DNA of 12,327 nucleotides from Armatimonadota bacterium (GTDB taxonomy: Bacteria; Armatimonadota; Hebobacteria; CAIYQO01). The translations under genes were made by a program, and so were the position numbers. The notes below the pieces were generated by a model, which saw only the letters and a program-made list of their open reading frames with translations, made no database searches and was not told the origin of the DNA. This document shows, in pieces, positions 7,064-12,327 of the stretch. The stretch's first letter is position 1. Each line of letters starts with the position of its first letter. Where the stretch lies: NCBI GenBank assembly GCA_038248345.1, contig JBBRXO010000082.1:1-12327 (forward strand). The letters are read 5' to 3'.

Positions 7064-7804
7064 ATGAAAACAATGATCGGGGTTATGGGATCTGTGGCCG
7101 GATTCAACCAGCAGGCCGCGGAGTTATCTTATCTGCTGGGGCGTGCCATTGCTGAGCATGACTGTATTATCGTCACCGGCGCTTGTCCGGGATTGCCCTA
7201 TGACGCGGTGCGGGGGGTGAAGGAAAACGGCGGTATGACGGTCGGCGTCTCGCCCGGGCACAACTTCGCCGAGCATACAATTAAATACGATAGTCCATGG
7301 GAGGGTTTCGACGTCATTATCTACACCGGCAGCGGGTTGATGGGACGCGAGATAACCGGCGTACGCTCCTGCGATATCGTCATCATCGCCGGCGGACGCT
7401 CCGGCACCCTGGGTGAATTCGCCATTGCTTACGATGAAGGGAAGATCATCGGCGTGCTGCTGGGCACCGGAGGTATCGCGGAACACATCTCCATCCTGGT
7501 AGATGTCATCAACAAAGACACCGGCGCGCAAATTGTATTAGATGCAGACCCGAGTAGACTGATCGACCGCCTGATGGAATTAGATGATGCGCGCCGGCTG
7601 GGTATCCGCGAAAGTGCGATGGAAGTCACCAGAATGCCGTTTACGGCGGAGAATCAAAGTAATGTGGCAGCAGTGGAGATGGCGATCGGACAGATGGAAG
7701 GTGAAATTTGCAAATTACAGACCGTAATAGCCGAACAACGCCGCCGCCTGGAAGCCTATCAGGATGTAGCAAATATGAGCAATGGCAGTGGCGCCAAGGG
7801 GTAG
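7064..7804 (+). CDS. LOG/SLOG-superfamily Rossmann-fold protein (TIGR00725-like) with C-terminal coiled-coil extension
   Basis: IGVMGS, IVTGACPGLP, GGMTVGVSP, YTGSGLMGRE, AGGRSGTLGEFAIAY and GTGG motifs; ~70 extra C-terminal residues with heptad character; GGGAG RBS. Confidence 0.85.
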   Translation: MKTMIGVMGSVAGFNQQAAELSYLLGRAIAEHDCIIVTGACPGLPYDAVRGVKENGGMTVGVSPGHNFAEHTIKYDSPWEGFDVIIYTGSGLMGREITGVRSCDIVIIAGGRSGTLGEFAIAYDEGKIIGVLLGTGGIAEHISILVDVINKDTGAQIVLDADPSRLIDRLMELDDARRLGIRESAMEVTRMPFTAENQSNVAAVEMAIGQMEGEICKLQTVIAEQRRRLEAYQDVANMSNGSGAKG

Positions 7805-7870
7805 GTCGGGATGGGGAGATAAGATACCACTATTACAATTAACTATAAAATGGTTTATTCCCGTCAACCC

Positions 7871-7894
7871 TAGCCCAGCCGTTCACGGCTGGGC
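7871..7894. repeat. Solitary REP-like palindrome
   Basis: TAGCCCAGCCG-ttca-CGGCTGGGC, flanked by CCCGTC (7860-7865) and GACGGG (7896-7901). Related copies at 11892-11915 (inverted) and 11998-12020. Confidence 0.75.
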
Positions 7895-7936
7895 GGACGG
7901 GACAGACATTAGAGCCGTTACTCCTACATCACCTTA

Positions 7937-7965
7937 TTGCCTCATACCCTCGAAGGTGATATCCT
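7937..7965 (+). promoter_or_regulatory. Sigma70-type promoter for proA
   Basis: TTGCCT (7937-7942), 17-nt spacer ending TGA, TATCCT (7960-7965). Confidence 0.55.
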
Positions 7966-8000
7966 TACCTTAACTAAATATCTTGTGAAAGAGGCGAGTG

Positions 8001-9284
8001 ATGGGTGACGAGGAACAGGTGAAGTTGACGGTGGTGGAGCAGGCGGTGGTGGAGCAGTGCGGGCGCGCGAAGGCGGCGGCACGCAAGCTGGCGACTATTT
8101 CATCGCGTGTGAAGAATGAGGCGCTGGAGGCGATGGCCTATGCGCTGAAGGAACGCCAGAGCTATATCCTGGAGGCAAATAGCCGCGACATAAAGGCGGC
8201 CAAGGATAACGGCATGAGCGAGGCGATGCAGGATCGGCTGTTGCTGTCCAGCAATCGCATCGCCGCCATGGCTACTGATTTACTGGGTATCGCCGCCCTG
8301 CCCGATCCCATCGGCGAGGTGATCGACGGCGAGAAGCGCCCCAATGGGCTGGAGATTCGCCGTGTGCGCGTGCCGCTGGGCGTCATCGGCATCATCTATG
8401 AGAGCCGCCCCAACGTCACCGTGGACGCCGCCGCGCTATGCCTCAAAAGCGGTAACGCCGTGGTGCTGCGCGGTGGCAGCGAGGCTATCCACAGCAATAT
8501 CGCGCTGGCGCGCGTGATCACGCAGGCGGCGCAAAATGCGGGTATCCCCATCGGCGCGATTGAACTGATTGAATCCACCGACCGCGCCGCCGCCAGCCAA
8601 CTGATGCGCATGAACGGCGTGGTAGATGTGCTCATCCCTCGCGGCGGTGCGGGGTTGATCCAGACGGTGGTGCGCACTGCCACCGTGCCCACTATCGAGA
8701 CGGGCGTGGGCAACTGCCACGTCTACGTGGACGCCGCCGCCGACTTCGACATGGCGGTGAAGCTGACGGTGAACAGCAAATGCCACCGCCCCAGCGTGTG
8801 CAACGCGGCGGAGACGCTGCTGGTACACGCGGCCATCGCCGACAAATTTTTACCAATGGTAGGCGCGGCGTTGGACGTGCGCAAGGTGGAGCTGCGCGGG
8901 GACGTACGCACCTGCGCGCTGTTGCCCAACGCGATACCCGCCACGGAAGAGGATTACTATACGGAATTCCTGGCGCTGATTATGGCGGTGCGCGTGGTAG
9001 ATAGTCTGGATGAAGCGCTGGATCACATCGACAAATACAGTAGCAAGCATACCGAGTTGATCGTGACCAACGACGTGCGCGCCGCGCAACGTTTCGTCAA
9101 CGAGATAGACGCCGCCGCCGTCAACGTCAACGCCAGCACCCGCTTCACCGATGGCGGGCAATTCGGCCTCGGCGCCGAGATCGGCATCAGCACGCAAAAG
9201 CTGCACGCCCGCGGCCCCATGGGCCTGCGCGAACTGACCAGCGCCAAGTACATCGTCACCGGCGATGGGTTGATTCGAGAATAA
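8001..9284 (+). CDS. proA: Gamma-glutamyl phosphate reductase (glutamate-5-semialdehyde dehydrogenase)
   Basis: RVPLGVIGIIYESRPNVT, LKSGNAVVLRGGSEA, catalytic PSVCNAAETLL, VNASTRFTDG and EIGISTQKLHARGPMGL. ATG 8001 fits the GAGG spacing (GTG 7998 is the alternative). Confidence 0.98.
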   Translation: MGDEEQVKLTVVEQAVVEQCGRAKAAARKLATISSRVKNEALEAMAYALKERQSYILEANSRDIKAAKDNGMSEAMQDRLLLSSNRIAAMATDLLGIAALPDPIGEVIDGEKRPNGLEIRRVRVPLGVIGIIYESRPNVTVDAAALCLKSGNAVVLRGGSEAIHSNIALARVITQAAQNAGIPIGAIELIESTDRAAASQLMRMNGVVDVLIPRGGAGLIQTVVRTATVPTIETGVGNCHVYVDAAADFDMAVKLTVNSKCHRPSVCNAAETLLVHAAIADKFLPMVGAALDVRKVELRGDVRTCALLPNAIPATEEDYYTEFLALIMAVRVVDSLDEALDHIDKYSSKHTELIVTNDVRAAQRFVNEIDAAAVNVNASTRFTDGGQFGLGAEIGISTQKLHARGPMGLRELTSAKYIVTGDGLIRE

Positions 9285-9343
9285 AAGGCAATATGCGCCC
9301 ATGCTACGGGCAATGTGGTGAAGGGTTAGGTAAGGAAAGAACA

Positions 9344-9760
9344 ATGGAAGAAAACGAGCAACAGCCCACTCCGACCGTGGAGATAGCACCGGAAGAGCAA
9401 CTGGTGAAGCCGCGCTACTTCTGGCACATACCAGAGGGCAGTTCGTTGCCGCAACTATCGCTCGTCTTCATCCTGCTCTCCATCACCGACCTGGTGGCCA
9501 CTGTACACATGATGGCCGCGGCGGGGGTGAAGGAAGGTAACGCCCTTGCTGATGGGATATTGAAGAACTTCGGCACCCCTGGCTTCATCGCCTACAAGTT
9601 AATATTAGTAGCATTCGCCCTCGCCATCATCTGGTACGTCTATAAGTACCGCCCGCAACTTTCGCTGCTCGTGCTCTGGGTCGCGGTGCTCCTCATGGGC
9701 TTCATCACTCTCGTTCACCTGGCATTGATGAGCGGGATAGCGGCGGCATTTGGTATTTAA
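9344..9760 (+). CDS. Small membrane protein, DUF5658-like (~138 aa)
   Basis: ATG 9344 after AAGGAAAG. Hydrophobic helices with LSITDLVAT...EGNAL...FIAYKL, matching the D-x3-T...E-x-N-P...K pattern except P to A. Confidence 0.72.
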   Translation: MEENEQQPTPTVEIAPEEQLVKPRYFWHIPEGSSLPQLSLVFILLSITDLVATVHMMAAAGVKEGNALADGILKNFGTPGFIAYKLILVAFALAIIWYVYKYRPQLSLLVLWVAVLLMGFITLVHLALMSGIAAAFGI

Positions 9761-9766
9761 CCCATC

Positions 9767-9799
9767 AGTTGACCTGGGGGGTGCCCCAGGTCAACTTTT
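9767..9799. terminator. Terminator hairpin between convergent genes
   Basis: AGTTGACCTGGGG-ggtg-CCCCAGGTCAACT (13-bp stem) then TTT; lies between stops at 9760 and 9805. Confidence 0.8.
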
Positions 9800-9804
9800 A
9801 CGTA

Positions 9805-11757
9805 CTACTTGCCTTCTATTTCCTTGGAGATCGGCCAATTATCGGTGCGGAAGGGGCTGGCGGGGAGGTTAGCCTGGTTATACAGGTTGCAGGCGGGGTT
9901 TTCCGCCCAGCCATAGCGGACGGCCACAGGGGCGGTCACCGTAGGGCTGGAAACTACTATTGTGTCTCCCGCAATCACGGCATCCGCCCAGACGAACTTG
10001 CGATCAGCGCCGGCAATTGCAAACGCGGTCAGTGGCTTATCGTCCTTGCTCATCAGCCCGCCACCCAGGTGATCAAAAGCCAGGCGAATTGCGGCTCCTT
10101 CCACCTGCATGGAGCGGTAGGACGGCCCGGAGTAGATGATGTGCGTCTGGCCGTAGCTGAGAGCCAGGGCATTAAGCGCCAGCCGCAGGCCCACGTCCTG
10201 CTTGTTTCGCGGGTGGATGTCCTCTGCTTCGCCGATGTCGATAATCACCGCCATGCCGGTATTCGGTTCGGCCAAGGTCATGGTCTGCGCCTCGCGCAAC
10301 TCGGCCCATTGGCTCTCTCCCGGATTGGCTGCTTCCGGAGTGTAATTCGCCAGCTGCGCGAAGAGGAAGGTGAAGTCCCCCTGCGCCCATTGGCGACGCC
10401 AATCGCGGATCATAGCAGGGAATAGGGTGCGATACTGATAGGCGCGGTCAGCATTGGATTCGCCTTGATACCAGATAGCGCCGCAGATGGCGAAGGGTTG
10501 CAGCGGTACGAGCATCCCGCTATTCAATATCCAGGGAGAGTTGGGGTTGCCGGGGCCTTGCGGTTGCTGCGGCATAGTGCCCTCAATGAATCCGAAATTA
10601 TGCTCAACCTCGTATTGCCATTGACCGTGCAACGGGATAGGAGTACCGGATTCATCGGCAGGCGCTACGTGCATCAACGTTTTCGCCCCCGTCATGCCCC
10701 CGCCGTACATATTGCTGAAGACGCGCACGGCGATGACATTCTTGCCCGCGTGGACTAGTTCGCCGGGGATGGGATAGATACGGGGGATGCGCCAGGCATC
10801 CTCGTGCTCATCAATGCTGATACCGCCAACCTGCACGTTATTGAAGTAGGTGACATCGGATTTATCGCACGCCCCGATGCTCAAAGTTAATTCTTTGCCC
10901 GCCCACTCGGCGGGGATTTCCACTGTTCGGCGGAACCACAGCACACCACTGAAATTAAGACCGACACTCTGCCAGGGGCGCGGCAGGTCAATGGTTTGCC
11001 ACGCTGCGGTGTCGGTGGCTGGGTCAGCCCATCCATGTGCGTAGCCACTATTCCCCGGATCTTTCGGGACCCCCTGGCCAGACGCTTCCCATGCTGCCAC
11101 CAGCTGCTGATGGGCGGCCATGGTTTCGTCAAAGTTTTGCAGATTGCGCTCATATTCTTCGACCATATTCACTAATATCGGCTCTGCTAGTAGCCCCGCA
11201 CGGCTGGTCCATGCCTCGGCTATGGTCCCGCCCCAACTGGTGTTAATCAACCCAACCGGGACTCCCAGGCGCTGGTGTAGTTCACGGCCAAAGAAGTAAC
11301 CGACCGCGCTGAAATTGGCAGCCGTTTCCGGTGTACATTCACTCCACGCGCCCACCACATCTTTCGGCGGCTCCACCACCGCCAGTTGCGGCACTTGGAA
11401 GAGGCGAATGCCGGCGTGCTGCGCCGCGGTGACCTCTTCGTCAGCATTATTCACCAGCGAGAGCGGCCACTCCATATTGGACTGCCCGGAGCAAACCCAA
11501 ACCTCGCCTACTAGTACATCCTGCACGGTGACGGTCGTCGACAGACCAGTGGCTGTCAGCGTATACGGCCCGCCCGCGGGTAAGGCTGGTAGCGTCGCCA
11601 GCCACCGTCCATCGGGGCCGGCAGTGGCGGATGCAGTATTCCCCGCCAAGGCGACAGCAACAGCCTCGTCAGCCTCGGCCCAGCCCCACACCGGCAGGGC
11701 GATGTCCCGCTGGAACACCATATGATCACTGAACAACGCAGCCAAAGAGATTGACAT
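9805..11757 (-). CDS. Sialate O-acetylesterase-family (SASA/SGNH) carbohydrate esterase with inserted beta-sandwich domain (~650 aa)
   Basis: LFSDHMVFQRD start; GEVWVCSGQSNM (nucleophile Ser); FSAVGYFF; SWGGT; IWYQGESN; DIHPRNKQDVG; LPASPFRTD. Insert with GVLWFRRTV...D.SDVTYFN...GKNVIAVRV. ATG 11757 with GGAG RBS. Confidence 0.93.
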   Translation of the reverse strand: MSISLAALFSDHMVFQRDIALPVWGWAEADEAVAVALAGNTASATAGPDGRWLATLPALPAGGPYTLTATGLSTTVTVQDVLVGEVWVCSGQSNMEWPLSLVNNADEEVTAAQHAGIRLFQVPQLAVVEPPKDVVGAWSECTPETAANFSAVGYFFGRELHQRLGVPVGLINTSWGGTIAEAWTSRAGLLAEPILVNMVEEYERNLQNFDETMAAHQQLVAAWEASGQGVPKDPGNSGYAHGWADPATDTAAWQTIDLPRPWQSVGLNFSGVLWFRRTVEIPAEWAGKELTLSIGACDKSDVTYFNNVQVGGISIDEHEDAWRIPRIYPIPGELVHAGKNVIAVRVFSNMYGGGMTGAKTLMHVAPADESGTPIPLHGQWQYEVEHNFGFIEGTMPQQPQGPGNPNSPWILNSGMLVPLQPFAICGAIWYQGESNADRAYQYRTLFPAMIRDWRRQWAQGDFTFLFAQLANYTPEAANPGESQWAELREAQTMTLAEPNTGMAVIIDIGEAEDIHPRNKQDVGLRLALNALALSYGQTHIIYSGPSYRSMQVEGAAIRLAFDHLGGGLMSKDDKPLTAFAIAGADRKFVWADAVIAGDTIVVSSPTVTAPVAVRYGWAENPACNLYNQANLPASPFRTDNWPISKEIEGK

Positions 11758-11825
11758 TTTACATTCACTCCATACGAAAAATTGCACACCAGCGAACCTC
11801 AACGGCTCGACTAGTGTGTATGTAT

Positions 11826-11854
11826 ATAATGCCACTATCGGTAGGGGATGTCTA
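11826..11854 (-). promoter_or_regulatory. Candidate sigma70-type promoter of the esterase gene
   Basis: Minus strand TAGACA (11854-11849), 17-nt spacer ending TGG, CATTAT (11831-11826). Confidence 0.45.
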
Positions 11855-11859
11855 TGGGG

Positions 11860-12057
11860 CAGGAGTATCGTTTTTAGCGATCGTCCTGTTCGCCCAGCCG
11901 TGAACGACAGGGCTAGTGGGCTTAGCCCAACGTCCTTAGGACGGGAACGCTTGGCCGTAAACGTCCCGTCCGAAGGGTGATCGGCCGAAGGCCCTCCAGC
12001 CCAGCCGTTCACGGCCAGGCCCGTAAGGACGGCTTGTCGCTAAAAACGATACTCCTG
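11860..12057. mobile_element. MITE, 198 bp, with 21-bp perfect TIRs and 10-bp target site duplication
   Basis: CAGGAGTATCGTTTTTAGCGA (11860-11880) and TCGCTAAAAACGATACTCCTG (12037-12057). GTCTATGGGG directly flanks both ends (11850-11859, 12058-12067). No room for a transposase. Confidence 0.93.
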
Positions 12058-12091
12058 GTCTATGGGGTTATGATGGAAATATCGATAGAGT

Positions 12092-12133
12092 AAAAAATAA
12101 CGTTGCCGGGGAGAGTAACTCCCCGGCAACGTT
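12092..12133 (-). terminator. Intrinsic terminator of the minus-strand gene entering from the right
   Basis: AACGTTGCCGGGGAG-agtaa-CTCCCCGGCAACGTT (15-bp stem, 12099-12133), followed on the minus strand by ATTTTTT. Confidence 0.85.
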
Positions 12134-12161
12134 GTAAATTGATCATCTGCTATGATACTTA

Positions 12162-12327
12162 CTACATAGTAGTAAGCTTGAAATTGGTAGCTTTAGTCGT
12201 AGTGTTACTATTCCACGTATTGCTGGTTCCGAATACCAACTTGTTAATGCCTCCGACGTTTGTCAGGGGAACAGTAACGCCGCCAATTAAGAGAGTCCCG
12301 GATGTGCCATTGACTGTCAAAGTCATA
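12162..12327 (-). CDS. 3' end of a gene truncated by the window; Thr/Gly/Asn-rich, beta-strand-like
   Basis: Hand translation ...MTLTVNGTSGTLLIGGVTVPLTNVGGINKLVFGTSNTWNSNTTTKATNFKLTTM, then tandem stops TAG TAA and a terminator. Confidence 0.7.
   Translation of the reverse strand, partial: MTLTVNGTSGTLLIGGVTVPLTNVGGINKLVFGTSNTWNSNTTTKATNFKLTTM

Noticed and set aside
7064..7804. SLOG protein as part of an anti-phage system (e.g. Thoeris-like)
   Set aside because: No TIR, SIR2, nuclease or other effector gene nearby; the context is housekeeping.
7805..8000. T-box or riboswitch upstream of proA; 63-aa ORF 7782-7973
   Set aside because: No T-box consensus or terminator before proA; the hairpin belongs to the repeat family and the ORF has no RBS or coding character.
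9293..9343. Longer start of the DUF5658-like ORF giving a CxxC motif (CYGQC region)
   Set aside because: A better RBS precedes ATG 9344; the cysteines are probably untranslated and their spacing is not CxxC.
8162..9389. Several antisense and alternate-frame ORFs over proA (up to 179 aa)
   Set aside because: Shadow ORFs expected from GC-rich codon bias; no recognisable motifs.
9769..11725. Plus-strand ORFs (218, 136 aa and others) opposite the esterase
   Set aside because: Fully antisense to a well-supported gene; the longest starts inside a terminator hairpin.
11758..12012. 85-aa N-terminal extension of the esterase in the ORF track (735 aa)
   Set aside because: It runs through the promoter and MITE. 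The family-typical N-terminus and a GGAG RBS place the start at 11757.
11860..12133. Palindrome clusters as a CRISPR array, tRNA or attC site
   Set aside because: No regularly spaced direct repeats with unique spacers, no cloverleaf or T-loop, no cas or integrase gene; TIRs plus target duplication explain the structure.

Overview
Chromosomal window from a diderm bacterium. The 3-POTRA BamA and long Skp suggest a Terrabacteria-type diderm such as Armatimonadota (inference only). In order: a palindrome-rich repeat element cut by the left edge, with a leftward promoter/RBS/ATG running into it; a hypothetical protein with an acidic tail and basic amphipathic C-terminus (+); a bidirectional terminator; a minus-strand run of 7TM-PAS-GGDEF diguanylate cyclase, ECF sigma factor, BamA/Omp85 and an unusually long Skp/OmpH with an internal ~100-aa tandem duplication; a divergent LOG/SLOG-family protein with a coiled-coil tail; a solitary REP-like palindrome; proA; a DUF5658-like membrane protein; a convergent sialate O-acetylesterase-family gene; a 198-bp MITE (21-bp perfect TIRs, 10-bp target duplication) carrying two inverted REP-like units; a terminator and the 3' end of a minus-strand gene. 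The most notable items are the REP-carrying MITE, the duplicated-arm Skp and the anti-sigma-less ECF-bamA-skp cluster. No CRISPR, rRNA, tRNA or transposase was seen. All family calls come from motif recognition by eye, not database searches.
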